From assembly GCA_015490995.1 (NCBI GenBank), contig WFWT01000041.1, forward strand, positions 1,056 through 65,055: a stretch of 64,000 nt of DNA. The letters are read 5' to 3'. Origin of the DNA: Anaerolineae bacterium (GTDB lineage: Bacteria; Chloroflexota; Anaerolineae; JAADDB01). Shown in pieces: positions 8,621 to 18,216 of this stretch. The notes beneath the pieces are model-generated. The model was not told where the DNA came from. It did no database searches and saw nothing but the letters and a program-made list of their open reading frames with translations. Made by a program: the position numbers and the translations under genes. Every line of letters begins with the position of its first letter. Position 1 is the first letter of the stretch.

Positions 8621-10006
8621 ATGCGTGGGAGCAAAGTGTGGTTTCCGGTGGTAAGCGTGTTGCTTGTTCTGACCATTGTGACCGCGGCCTGTGCCACGCC
8701 AACGCCACAGGTCATCAAGGAAACCGTCGTGGTCACCAAGGAGGTGGAGAAGGTCGTTACCAGGGAAGTCCAGAAGGTAATCACCCGAGAGGTCGAAAAG
8801 GTAGTGACCAAGGAAGTGGAAAAGGTCGTCACCAAAGAGGTGGAAAAGCCGCGGACCGAGGTCCGACTGTCGGGATGGACCGCCAGCCCAGAAGAGGAGA
8901 ACCTCTTGCGGGCGCTGCTCTACGAGTGCAGCCTGCAAAATCCCGATATCCTCGTCAAGTACGAGCCTATTCCCTCGGATTACTGGGCCAAAATCAAGAC
9001 GATGGTAGGGTCGGGCACCGAACCGGACATTTACTACATGGATATCTTCCAGTTCCCCTTCTTCGCCACCCAGGGGGTGCTGCGGCCCATTGACGACTTA
9101 ATGGCCGCCGAGGGCGTAAGCCGGGACGAGTTCCTGGACACGTTGATCAACGCGTTCACCTGGGAAGGCCAGACCTACGGGATCCCCAAGGACTTTAACA
9201 CCCTGGCCCTGTTCTACAACAAGGACCTGTTCGACCAGGCGGGTGTGGCGTATCCCACCAACGACTGGACGTGGGATGACCTGAAGGCAGCGGCGCAGCA
9301 AATCACGGAGGCCACCGGCGTGGCCGGCTTCTCGGTGCCGCCCGATCCCGGACGCTTCCCCATCTTTGTCTTCCAGAACGGTGGTCAGATCATGAACGAA
9401 GACTTCACCGACACCCTGCTGGACGCGCCGGAGGCCGTTGAAGCAGGCGAGTTCTACACCGGCGCACGTGCCGAGGGGTGGGCTATCATCCCGCAGGATG
9501 TCGGTGTTGGTTGGCAGGGGGAGGCTTTCGGCAAAGGAGACGTGGCCATGGTGCTGGAGGGCGGGTGGATGGTACCCTACCTGAGCAACCAGTTCCCGGA
9601 CCGGAACTACGGCGCGGTACACCCGCCCGCAGGTCCTAAGGGTGAGGGCAACCTGGTCTTCACCGTGGCGTACGTGGTCTCCAAGAACTCCCAAAACCCC
9701 GAGGCCGCGTTCAAGACCATTGCCTGCTTGACCTCCGAGGAAAGCCAGACCAAGGTGCTGACCTCCGGCTTCGCGCTGCCCTCCCGCAAGGCCTTGCAGG
9801 ACCACGAGTACCTGCAGAATAACCCGGTCTCCAACGCCATCTTCACCGGGGCCGAGTTCGCCACACCTTTCATGTGGGGGCTGAAGGGTGAGACGGTCAA
9901 CCAGGCCATGGCCCAGGCGTTGGAGCGGGTCTACCTGGAGGGAGTAAGCGTTGCGGACAGCTTCAAGCAGGCGGCAGAGGAGATTCGCGCCGCACTGCAA
10001 GAATAA
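8621..10006 (+). CDS. sugar ABC transporter substrate-binding lipoprotein (family 1 SBP)
   Basis: I moved the ORF start to the ATG at 8621, which has AAGGAGGGAAGG upstream. Lipoprotein signal MRGSKVWFPVVSVLLVLTIVTAAC. The mature part resembles maltose/oligosaccharide-type SBPs. Confidence 0.85.
   Translation: MRGSKVWFPVVSVLLVLTIVTAACATPTPQVIKETVVVTKEVEKVVTREVQKVITREVEKVVTKEVEKVVTKEVEKPRTEVRLSGWTASPEEENLLRALLYECSLQNPDILVKYEPIPSDYWAKIKTMVGSGTEPDIYYMDIFQFPFFATQGVLRPIDDLMAAEGVSRDEFLDTLINAFTWEGQTYGIPKDFNTLALFYNKDLFDQAGVAYPTNDWTWDDLKAAAQQITEATGVAGFSVPPDPGRFPIFVFQNGGQIMNEDFTDTLLDAPEAVEAGEFYTGARAEGWAIIPQDVGVGWQGEAFGKGDVAMVLEGGWMVPYLSNQFPDRNYGAVHPPAGPKGEGNLVFTVAYVVSKNSQNPEAAFKTIACLTSEESQTKVLTSGFALPSRKALQDHEYLQNNPVSNAIFTGAEFATPFMWGLKGETVNQAMAQALERVYLEGVSVADSFKQAAEEIRAALQE
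8729..8848 (+). repeat. five tandem 24-nt coding repeats (VVTKEVEK-type octapeptide linker)
   Basis: Units start at 8729, 8753, 8777, 8801 and 8825 and encode VVTKEVEK/VVTREVQK/VITREVEK/VVTKEVEK/VVTKEVEK. The copies differ mostly at synonymous positions. Confidence 0.9.
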
Positions 10007-10019
10007 CACAGCACACACC

Positions 10020-10051
10020 CGTCCGGGGAGGGAGGTGTCCCCTCCCCGGAC
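10020..10051 (+). other. perfect 13-bp GC-rich stem-loop between SBP and permease genes
   Basis: CGTCCGGGGAGGG (10020-10032), loop AGGTGT, CCCTCCCCGGACG (10039-10051). No clear U tract. Confidence 0.5.
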
Positions 10052-10122
10052 GTCCTTCATGGCCTTGTGTTCCCGGACGGTGGTCGGACCGGGTGTAGTG
10101 GTGTACTGCCAGGAGGTGCTGT

Positions 10123-10998
10123 GTGACTTATACGTGGCGTCGCAAACTGGCCGACTGGATGACGGCCTACCTGTTTATCTTCCCCGTGCTCCTGGGGTGG
10201 GGCATCTTTGTGGTCGTCGCCCTGGTCATGAGCCTGTACTTCTCCTTTACCTCCTTCAACCTGCTTAAGCCCCCGGAGTGGATCGGGCCGGTGAATTACC
10301 TGCGCGTCCTGCGGCATTCGGACTTTCTCCGCTACGCGGTCCCTAATACCCTCAAGTATTCCGCGGTCGTCGTGCCTGTACAGACGGTCCTGAGCCTGAT
10401 CTTCGCCTTCGCGTTGGATCAGAAAATCCGGTTTCGGGACTTCTTCCGCACCGCGTTTTACCTTCCATCCGTGACGTCCTCAGTGGTGATCGGCATCATC
10501 TTCGTCTGGCTCTTTTCGCCCAAGGGGGTGATTAACCAGTTGTTGGGACTGGACGTCAACTGGCTGTACAACGTACAGACAGCCCTGCCCACCATTATGC
10601 TGGTCAACATCTGGTCTACCACAGGCACGATGATGCTGATCTTCCTGGCGGGGTTACAAGACATTCCTTCAGAACTGTACGAAGCAGCCTCGATCGACGG
10701 GGCCAATCGGATGCAAATGCTGCGGTATATCACCATCCCGATGCTGCGCCCGGTTATCTTTTTTGTCGTCACGCTGGGCATCATCGGGACCTTCCAGGTC
10801 TTTGACCAGATCTACATCATGACCAAGGGCGGTCCACTAAAGGCCACCACGACGATCGTGTACCTTATTTACTTCTGGGCCTTCGGTGATGTGACACCGG
10901 ACATGGGCCGTGCCTCGGCCGCGGCCTTCATTTTGGCCCTGGCCATTTTCGCGGTGACTATGGTGCAGCGGCGATTTCTGGAACGAGAGGAGGGGTAG
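10123..10998 (+). CDS. sugar ABC transporter permease (MalF/UgpA-like)
   Basis: 291 aa, GTG start with AGGAGG at 10111-10116. Multi-TM. EAA-type loop AASIDGANRMQMLRYITIPMLRP. Confidence 0.9.
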   Translation: MTYTWRRKLADWMTAYLFIFPVLLGWGIFVVVALVMSLYFSFTSFNLLKPPEWIGPVNYLRVLRHSDFLRYAVPNTLKYSAVVVPVQTVLSLIFAFALDQKIRFRDFFRTAFYLPSVTSSVVIGIIFVWLFSPKGVINQLLGLDVNWLYNVQTALPTIMLVNIWSTTGTMMLIFLAGLQDIPSELYEAASIDGANRMQMLRYITIPMLRPVIFFVVTLGIIGTFQVFDQIYIMTKGGPLKATTTIVYLIYFWAFGDVTPDMGRASAAAFILALAIFAVTMVQRRFLEREEG

Positions 10999-11000
10999 CG

Positions 11001-11873
11001 ATGGCTACCGGGCAACCCGCGGTGCGGTGGGAACCTTCCCTGTGGGACCGGCTAAAGATGCCCATCTTTTACACCTTGCTTATCGGGTGGACCCTCATCG
11101 CCATCATGCCCTATTGGCTGACCATCGTCTTTTCCTTCATGCCCAAAACGGCGATCTTCGACCCACCCCGCCTCTGGCCCAAGCCCTTCACCCTGGAAAA
11201 TTACCAGGTGGTGCTCACCGCTTTTGATGAGTTCCCCCTGTGGTTGCGCAACAGCTTTCTGTTCGCGGTAGGCGCGACGGTCTTGCGGGTCTTCTTCTCT
11301 GCCCTGGCAGGATACGCCTTTGCCCGGATGCGCTTTCCCGGCCGCGGGGTGCTCTTCGCCCTTATTCTCGGCTCTATGATGGTCCCCTTTGTGGTAACCG
11401 TGGTCCCTTTGTACTGGATGGCAGTAAAATGGTTCAAAATATATGATACCCTATGGGGCCTCATTATTGTCTGGACGAGCGGCAGCTTCTCCTTCGGTGT
11501 GTTCATGATGACCCAGTTCTTCAAGCAGATTCCTCGCGACCTGGAGGAGGCCGCCTGGATGGACGGCGCGGGATGGTTTACTCTCTTCTTCCGGGTGGTA
11601 TTGCCCCTCTCCCGACCGGCGTTGCTGGCCCTGGCCATCTTCTCCTTTCAAGGCAGCTGGAACGACTTCTTCCTCACCCTGATCCTCATGCAATCCCCGG
11701 AAAACTTCACCCTCCCCCTGGGCTTGGCCATGTTCCGGTTCCAGTATTACGCCATTTACTCCAATGTCCTGGCGGGAAGTATTTTTAACTCGCTGCCCAT
11801 CATTATCATCTTCTTCATCTTCCAGCGCTACTTTGTAGAAGGCATCGCCTATACGGGGCTCAAAGGCGTGTGA
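11001..11873 (+). CDS. sugar ABC transporter permease (MalG/UgpE-like)
   Basis: 290 aa, starts 2 nt after the preceding stop. EAA loop EAAWMDGAGWFTLFFRVVLPLSRP. Confidence 0.9.
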   Translation: MATGQPAVRWEPSLWDRLKMPIFYTLLIGWTLIAIMPYWLTIVFSFMPKTAIFDPPRLWPKPFTLENYQVVLTAFDEFPLWLRNSFLFAVGATVLRVFFSALAGYAFARMRFPGRGVLFALILGSMMVPFVVTVVPLYWMAVKWFKIYDTLWGLIIVWTSGSFSFGVFMMTQFFKQIPRDLEEAAWMDGAGWFTLFFRVVLPLSRPALLALAIFSFQGSWNDFFLTLILMQSPENFTLPLGLAMFRFQYYAIYSNVLAGSIFNSLPIIIIFFIFQRYFVEGIAYTGLKGV

Positions 11874-11952
11874 TGCTTGCTCGGACACTCCGTCCATCGT
11901 CCGGCCGCTGACGGCGGACTAGGGCAAGAACGCCCAAATTGGCACGTGGGAT

Positions 11953-11980
11953 TTGACCGGCCCAAAGACACCGGTATAAT
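11953..11980 (+). promoter_or_regulatory. strong sigma-70-like promoter ahead of the liv operon
   Basis: TTGACC (11953-11958), 16 nt spacer, consensus TATAAT (11975-11980). It lies about 250 nt upstream of the ATG at 12232. Confidence 0.5.
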
Positions 11981-12231
11981 GGGAAACAAGGTCCTGGTAG
12001 AAGGGGCAGGTAGAAAGGAGGAGAGCCCTAACTACTTGTCGTGACACTGCCTGTTGCTCTACTAAATTGCCCCCACCCTCCACTTCACTCATACACAGGG
12101 CACCAGTAGCCGTTCTCCGGACGCCCCTTGATAAGACACAGCCCCACGGCTCGGAGAAACGGTGTGTTTTCAGTGATGGTCATCCCCCACCTATCCGCAA
12201 CGTGTTATGTACCGAACGAGGAGGGTGTACC

Positions 12232-13410
12232 ATGAAACGGCTCTGGTGGATCCTCGGCATGGTGCTCCTGGCCAGTCTCTTGCTGGTCGGTTGTCAGCCC
12301 GGTCCGCGCGCGGCGTACGGCGGCGTTATCAAGATCGGGCACGTGGCCCCGCTGACGGGGGATATCCCTAAAGTTGGGGAGGAGGGCAAGTTTGCCCTGG
12401 AAATGTGGTTGGAAGACCTAGAAAAAGCGGGAGGACTAGAGGTAGGGGGTGTAACGTACCGGATAGAAGTGATCCACGAGGACAATGAATCCAAGGCCGA
12501 ATCTTCGGCTGCCGCGGCTACCAAACTCATTGCGGAGGACAAGGTCCTGGCCATCATCGGACCATACGCGTCGAAGCAGGCCATTCCCACGGGTGAGGTG
12601 GCCGATCGCAACAAAACCCCCATGATCAGCCCCTGGTCCACCAACCCACGCACGACCAAAGGCCGCCCCTTTGTGTTCCGGGCCGCCTTCCTGGATGACT
12701 TCCAGGGCTTCGTACTGGCCAAGTTCATGCAGGAAGAGTTTGGCGCCCAGAAGATCGCCATCCTTTACGACGTGGCCAGCGATTATCCAAAAGGGCTGGC
12801 GGAATTCGTGAAGCAAAGTGCAGAAGAGTTGGGCATGGAGGTAGTGGCCTTTGAGAGCTTTACTACCAAGGACCGTGACTTCAGCGCGCAGCTGACAAAG
12901 ATCATCAACTCGGACGCAGAAATTCTCTTCACCCCTCAGTACTACGATGAGGTCCCGCTGATTGTCAAGCAGGCCCATGAGCTGGGATGGACCAAGCCGA
13001 TTGTGGGCAGCGACAGCTGGGGCTCGCCGGAGCTGATGAACCTGTGTGGGGATGACTGTGTGGGTTCGTTCTTCAGCACTCACTGGGCTGTGGCAGGAGC
13101 TAAGGGCGCGGCCAAGGAATTCATTGATCGCTTCCAAAGTAAGTATGGATACGCGCCCGGGGATGTGGCGGCTCTGGCCTGGGACTCCGCTCATCTCCTG
13201 CAGAAGGCCATTCAGGACTGTGGCAAGTTGACCGGCAACTTGGAGGAAGACCGTCAGTGCATTCGCGATGCCTTGGCCAACATCAGTGAGTACGAAGGCA
13301 TAACGGGTAAGATGCGCTTTAACGCGGAGGGTGACCCGGTGAAGTGCGCCATCATTGTGCGCATTAACGAGAACTACGACTTTGAGTTCTACAAGCAGGT
13401 GTGCCCGTAA
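12232..13410 (+). CDS. livJ: branched-chain amino acid ABC transporter substrate-binding lipoprotein
   Basis: Start set at ATG 12232, with GAGGAGGG upstream. Signal MKRLWWILGMVLLASLLLVGC. LivJ/LivK-type (Peripla_BP_6) sequence IKIGHVAPLTGD...IIGPYASKQA. Confidence 0.85.
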   Translation: MKRLWWILGMVLLASLLLVGCQPGPRAAYGGVIKIGHVAPLTGDIPKVGEEGKFALEMWLEDLEKAGGLEVGGVTYRIEVIHEDNESKAESSAAAATKLIAEDKVLAIIGPYASKQAIPTGEVADRNKTPMISPWSTNPRTTKGRPFVFRAAFLDDFQGFVLAKFMQEEFGAQKIAILYDVASDYPKGLAEFVKQSAEELGMEVVAFESFTTKDRDFSAQLTKIINSDAEILFTPQYYDEVPLIVKQAHELGWTKPIVGSDSWGSPELMNLCGDDCVGSFFSTHWAVAGAKGAAKEFIDRFQSKYGYAPGDVAALAWDSAHLLQKAIQDCGKLTGNLEEDRQCIRDALANISEYEGITGKMRFNAEGDPVKCAIIVRINENYDFEFYKQVCP

Positions 13411-13475
13411 TTTTCACGGTGGAGGGCACCCGTGGGCGGTCGTCGCGGCCAAAAGGCCCTCCTACCAAGGGATGA

Positions 13476-13513
13476 GGAAGGGGCTTGGGCCTTCCGGCCC
13501 AATGCCCCTTTCC
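13476..13513 (+). other. intercistronic stem-loop after the SBP gene
   Basis: GGAAGGGGCTTGGGCC / GGCCCAATGCCCCTTTCC arms with about 16 bp paired, one bulge and loop TTCC. No U tract. Confidence 0.45.
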
Positions 13514-13578
13514 ACGTTAAGGCCTTACTGCATGATCACCTGAATCCCATGACCACGTGAACCCTCGAGGGGGGCAGG

Positions 13579-14496
13579 ATGTCGATCCAGCAAATATTCA
13601 ACGGGTTGCAATGGGGCAGCTTTTACGCGCTGATTGCCCTCGGATATAGCATGGTGTACAGCATTCTCATGCTGTTCAACTTCGCGCACGGCGATGTGTT
13701 CATGGTTGGCGCATATATCGGGTTGTTTGTCGCCACCGCAGTGCTGGGAATTGCGGCCAGTGGTCTATTACCGCTACCGCCCGCGGTAACCTTCGTGCTC
13801 GTGTTGGTGCTGACCATGTTTCTCACATCCTTCGTGGGCATGGCGGTTGAGCGGGTAGCATACCGCCCGTTGCGCGATGCGCCGCGCGCGTCCGCAGCCA
13901 TTACCGGGCTAATGGTCGGTATCTTCCTGGAGACGGGCAACTTGGCCCTTCTGGGGGCCAGTCGCCGCACCTTCCCCCCGCTCATCGAGACGGTCACTTA
14001 CACCCTGGGCCCCATCACGGTGACAAACATCAAGATCCTCACCATTGTGCTGGCCCTGCTGCTCATGCTGGCCCTAAACCTGTTTATCCAAAAGACCAAA
14101 ACCGGCATGGCCATGCGGGCTATGTCCGTGGACTACGCGGCCGTGCCCTTGATGGGGGTCCCCATGGACCGGGTTATTGTGCTGACCTTTGCCCTGGGAT
14201 CTGCGTTAGCCGGCGCGGCCGGCGTTCTCTTTTCCATGACATATCCCGTCCTCGAACCCTACATGGGGCTGCTCATCGGGTGGAAAGCCTTTGTGGCGGC
14301 CATCCTGGGGGGGCGTGGATCGATCCTGGGCGCGGTGCTGGGCGGGTTCATCCTGGGCTTTATTGAAATTTTGGTAGCCGCGCTGTTCGTTTCTACCTTA
14401 CGGGACCTGATCGCTTATTCCATCGTGTTGCTCATTCTGACCTTTCGACCCTACGGTCTGTTCGGCGAGGAGTACAGCGCACGGTTGCGCATCTAG
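13579..14496 (+). CDS. livH: branched-chain amino acid ABC transporter permease
   Basis: 305 aa, LivH-like multi-TM protein (NFAHGDVFMVGAY motif). Confidence 0.9.
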   Translation: MSIQQIFNGLQWGSFYALIALGYSMVYSILMLFNFAHGDVFMVGAYIGLFVATAVLGIAASGLLPLPPAVTFVLVLVLTMFLTSFVGMAVERVAYRPLRDAPRASAAITGLMVGIFLETGNLALLGASRRTFPPLIETVTYTLGPITVTNIKILTIVLALLLMLALNLFIQKTKTGMAMRAMSVDYAAVPLMGVPMDRVIVLTFALGSALAGAAGVLFSMTYPVLEPYMGLLIGWKAFVAAILGGRGSILGAVLGGFILGFIEILVAALFVSTLRDLIAYSIVLLILTFRPYGLFGEEYSARLRI

Positions 14497-14540
14497 GGAT
14501 TCTGCATGGTCTTGCATCCTGACACACACGGAGTGAGACG

Positions 14541-15818
14541 GTGAAGGGACGATGGGCACGTTTCCGACGGTGGTTTCAAGGCATCCCTGTGGCCAGCTGG
14601 TTGTTGGGAGGGCTGGCCGCGGCGACGGTCGAACGTTTAGTAGGCCTCGTGGTTGCGTACACTTTGGGGTTAAGCGGTATCCCTTCCTTCTTCGGCCTCT
14701 CGCTTATCCTCGCCAATCCCGCACAAATTCCCGCGGTGCTGGTGTACCTCCTTGTGATGTACGCGTTGCCGGTGTACCTGGTCGCGCGCGCCACCGCGGC
14801 GTGGACGGCCCGTCTGGTGACCCGGATGTCCACCCGGACGTACGTGTTCGTTCACGTGGTCTTGCTTTTTCTCGTAGTTTACTTCTGGGGTGAGTTGGAC
14901 AGTTACCGCCTGCTGGTACTCCGGCTGTTGGCCATCAGCATCATCCTGACCACCAGCCTGAACCTGGTCAACGGCTGGATGGGGGAGTTCTCCGTAGCTG
15001 TGGCCGGTTTCATGTCGGTCGGTGCGTATGTGTCCTCTATTGTAATGGTGTGGGGGTTCGTGGACGATGATGTGTTTGGCCCCGCGGTGTTCCCCCCTAC
15101 CCTTGCGTCTTTAGCCTTCCCCTTCGCGCTGGGGCTGGGAGGGATGGCGGCAGCCATCACCGCCCTGGCAGTGGCGATTCCCTCCTTCAGGACCCGAGGG
15201 GATTACCTGGCCATTATCACCCTGGCCTACGTTTTCATTGTCAAAAGCGCGGTGGAGAACATGGAGTTCATCGGTGGCCCGCGCGGCTTTATGAATCAAC
15301 CCAACGTGGCAGGGTTCCCGGTGGTGTTCATCTGGACGGCCCTGGCCCTGTGGGTCATTTACAATTACACCTCCTCCACTCTGGGCAAGGCCACCAGCGC
15401 AGTACGGGATAACGAGTCCGCCGCCGAGGCTATGACGGTGGACACGCGCAAGGTCAAAGTGGTCGCCTTTCTCACCCATGCGTTCTGGTCCGGGGTGGCC
15501 GGTGGGCTGTACGCCCATGTGATCGGTTACATCAACCCAAGCAGTTTCGGCATCGTGAAATCAGCAGAAGTGCTGGCCATGCTGTACCTAGGCGGGCTCA
15601 GCTCCATCACCGGCTCGGTCCTGGGCGCGGTGCTGTTTCAGATGCTCTCCGAAATTTTACGGCCTCTACAGCTGGCAAAATGGCTGGTGATCCCGGTAGT
15701 GCTCATTGTGGTCATGATCTTCCGTCCCCGCGGTTTGCTGGGCTTCCGGGAGATGCGCTTCCCCTTCCTGCAACCCAGGCCAACGGAGGAGGTAGGCTAT
15801 GCCCCTGCTTCAGATTGA
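14541..15818 (+). CDS. livM: branched-chain amino acid ABC transporter permease
   Basis: 425 aa, GTG start. LivM-like with an extended N-terminal membrane region. Confidence 0.85.
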   Translation: MKGRWARFRRWFQGIPVASWLLGGLAAATVERLVGLVVAYTLGLSGIPSFFGLSLILANPAQIPAVLVYLLVMYALPVYLVARATAAWTARLVTRMSTRTYVFVHVVLLFLVVYFWGELDSYRLLVLRLLAISIILTTSLNLVNGWMGEFSVAVAGFMSVGAYVSSIVMVWGFVDDDVFGPAVFPPTLASLAFPFALGLGGMAAAITALAVAIPSFRTRGDYLAIITLAYVFIVKSAVENMEFIGGPRGFMNQPNVAGFPVVFIWTALALWVIYNYTSSTLGKATSAVRDNESAAEAMTVDTRKVKVVAFLTHAFWSGVAGGLYAHVIGYINPSSFGIVKSAEVLAMLYLGGLSSITGSVLGAVLFQMLSEILRPLQLAKWLVIPVVLIVVMIFRPRGLLGFREMRFPFLQPRPTEEVGYAPASD

Positions 15819-16569
15819 GGGTCTGACCCATTATTTCGGTGGTTTACGGGCAGTCCATCGTTTTCACACGCGCATCGAACCGGGAGAGATCCGCGGCCTT
15901 ATTGGCCCCAACGGCGCCGGAAAGACCACTATCTTTAACCTGACCACCGGCGTGTACCGGCCTAGCGAGGGACGCATTGTCTTTGAAGGACGTGATATTA
16001 CAGGCAAACGGCCTCACGAAATCAGCCGCCTGGGCATTGCCCGCACCTTCCAGAACCTCCGCTTGTGGGTGAACTTAACCGCGCTGGACAACATTAAGAT
16101 CGCGTTCTATGCCCAAATTCGCTACGGTCTGGCGGGTGCGTTCTTCGGCCTGCGCGGCCGCCGACACGAGGAAGAGCGTATCGAAGCGGAAGCACGCCGC
16201 TTAATGCGTTTGCTGGACATCGAACAGTACGCGGATGTGGTGGTCTCGGCCCTTCCGTACGGCATTCAGCGGAAGGTCGAAATTGCCCGTGCCCTGGCCA
16301 CACGCCCCAAGTTGCTCTTGCTGGACGAGCCCACGGCCGGCATGAGCCCCGCAGAGATGATGGACACTATGGAGGTCATTCGGAAACTACACGACGAGCT
16401 GAACCTCACCATCTGGCTCATCGAACACCGGATGAAGTTCGTGATGAGCCTCTGTCAGCACATCCAAGTGCTAGACTTCGGCGAGATCATTGCCGAAGGC
16501 CCTCCTGACGCTATTCGAAATCACCCACGGGTTATTAAAGCCTACCTGGGCGAAATGGTGGAAGCGTGA
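15799..16569 (+). CDS. livG: branched-chain amino acid ABC transporter ATP-binding protein
   Basis: 256 aa. Walker A GPNGAGKTT, signature and LLLLDEPTAGM Walker B. 20-nt overlap with livM. Confidence 0.9.
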   Translation: MPLLQIEGLTHYFGGLRAVHRFHTRIEPGEIRGLIGPNGAGKTTIFNLTTGVYRPSEGRIVFEGRDITGKRPHEISRLGIARTFQNLRLWVNLTALDNIKIAFYAQIRYGLAGAFFGLRGRRHEEERIEAEARRLMRLLDIEQYADVVVSALPYGIQRKVEIARALATRPKLLLLDEPTAGMSPAEMMDTMEVIRKLHDELNLTIWLIEHRMKFVMSLCQHIQVLDFGEIIAEGPPDAIRNHPRVIKAYLGEMVEA

Positions 16570-17282
16570 TGTTACTCCAAGTAGAACACCTAGAAGTGTC
16601 TTACGGTGGAATCAAAGCGTTGCACGGTCTCACCTTCCACGTAGAGGAAGGTGAGATTGTGACCATCATCGGCGCCAACGGTGCGGGAAAGACCTCCACC
16701 TTGCGGGCCATCTCCCGCCTGGTGCCGGTGGGACCCAACACGCGCATGATCTTCGACGGCAAGGACCTGCTCAAGTATCCCCCCCACCAGGTGGTGCGCG
16801 AGCTGGGCATCAGTCACGTGCCCGAGGGGCGGCGCATCTTTGGCAACCTGACCGTAATGGAGAACCTGGAACTGGCCACCTACGGGCGACGGGACAAAGA
16901 GCGCATTCGGCGGGACTTTGAGATGGTCTTTGACCTGTTCCCACGCTTAGCCGAACGACGTCACCAGAAAGCAGGAACCCTTAGCGGAGGGGAACAACAA
17001 ATGCTGGCGGTGGGCCGTGCGCTGGTCAGTGGTCGTCGCATGATGCTCTTGGACGAGCCCTCCATGGGCCTGGCCCCCTTACTCATGCAGGAGCTCTTCC
17101 GTGCCCTGAAGCAGATCAACGCAGAGGGAACCACCATTCTTCTGGTGGAACAAAACGCGCACATGGCGCTTCAATTTGCACAGCGGGGCTACGTGTTGGA
17201 AACCGGCCGTCTCGTGCTGGAAGGTCCCACGGCCCGGTTGATGGAGGACCCTCGGGTGAAGGAGGCGTATCTGGGTGGCTAG
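16566..17282 (+). CDS. livF: branched-chain amino acid ABC transporter ATP-binding protein
   Basis: 238 aa. GANGAGKTS, LSGGEQQMLAVGRAL, MMLLDEPSMGLAP. ATGA-type overlap with livG. Confidence 0.9.
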   Translation: MMLLQVEHLEVSYGGIKALHGLTFHVEEGEIVTIIGANGAGKTSTLRAISRLVPVGPNTRMIFDGKDLLKYPPHQVVRELGISHVPEGRRIFGNLTVMENLELATYGRRDKERIRRDFEMVFDLFPRLAERRHQKAGTLSGGEQQMLAVGRALVSGRRMMLLDEPSMGLAPLLMQELFRALKQINAEGTTILLVEQNAHMALQFAQRGYVLETGRLVLEGPTARLMEDPRVKEAYLGG

Positions 17283-17307
17283 CGAAGACCGACCGGATAT
17301 GGCGGCA

Positions 17308-18135
17308 TCAGGGTGCGGTTCGGGCACAACGAAATCCTACCACGCCCAGTCGACGTGCGGGGTGCGCAATGTCCCTGACCGTGGTGCGGGCATCTGCCAC
17401 CGGGTGATTCCACGAGCCGCCCCGCACCACCTTGTACTTACCGAAAAACGGGGAACGGTATGTGCTGCCCGGATACGGCCGATAATCGTCCGCTACCCAT
17501 TCCCACACGTTACCCGCCATGTCCAACGCGCCGTACGGGCTGAGGCCAAGGGGAAACGCCCCCACCGGAGTGGTGCCGTTCCACACCTGACCCACGTTGG
17601 CCCGTCGGGAACGATACACGTTGCCCCAAGGGAACACCCGACCGTCCGTGCCGCGGGCGGCTTTCTCCCACTCGGCTTCGGTGGGCAACCGTTTGCCGTA
17701 AAAACGACAAAACGCCCTAGCCCCATACCAACTTACCCAGGTAACGGGATGACGCTCATACCCCGGCACAGGGCGTATACCGTATCCGCTACTCTCCAAG
17801 GGGCTTTGAGGCACGTCCGGCCGAACCTCTGCACACCGGAAACCCTCACAGTTCGCCAGCCCCCCGCGGGCGTTCAGAAAGCGGGCGTACGCGGCCGTTG
17901 TGACTTCGTATCGGTCGATGTAAAACGCAGGGAGGTAAACCGTGTGGGCCGGACCTTCATCTGCCCGTCCGGTGTTCGTACCCATAATAAACACGCCCGC
18001 GGGGATGTACACCATTCCAGGTGGGGGCAAAACACGCACCGGGGCCACGTGGACGCCCCCTCCGAGGGCTATCATCAAACCCAGTAGAGCGAGCAAAAGC
18101 TGATGTCCTGATATCGGATAACTGACGCGTGTCAT
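17308..18135 (-). CDS. formylglycine-generating enzyme (SUMF1/FGE-sulfatase) family protein, membrane-anchored or secreted
   Basis: 275 aa. N-terminal hydrophobic segment. YIDRYEVT, GKRLPTEAEWEKAARG, GNVWEWV and VVRGGSW motifs of the FGE/DUF323 fold. Confidence 0.8.
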   Translation of the reverse strand: MTRVSYPISGHQLLLALLGLMIALGGGVHVAPVRVLPPPGMVYIPAGVFIMGTNTGRADEGPAHTVYLPAFYIDRYEVTTAAYARFLNARGGLANCEGFRCAEVRPDVPQSPLESSGYGIRPVPGYERHPVTWVSWYGARAFCRFYGKRLPTEAEWEKAARGTDGRVFPWGNVYRSRRANVGQVWNGTTPVGAFPLGLSPYGALDMAGNVWEWVADDYRPYPGSTYRSPFFGKYKVVRGGSWNHPVADARTTVRDIAHPARRLGVVGFRCARTAP

Positions 18136-18216
18136 TTTGCCCCCCCTGTTACATCCGGTACTCTATCAGTGATGTAAAGGACAAACAGATTGTTCGGTTT
18201 CGGGAGGAGGTGGTCG

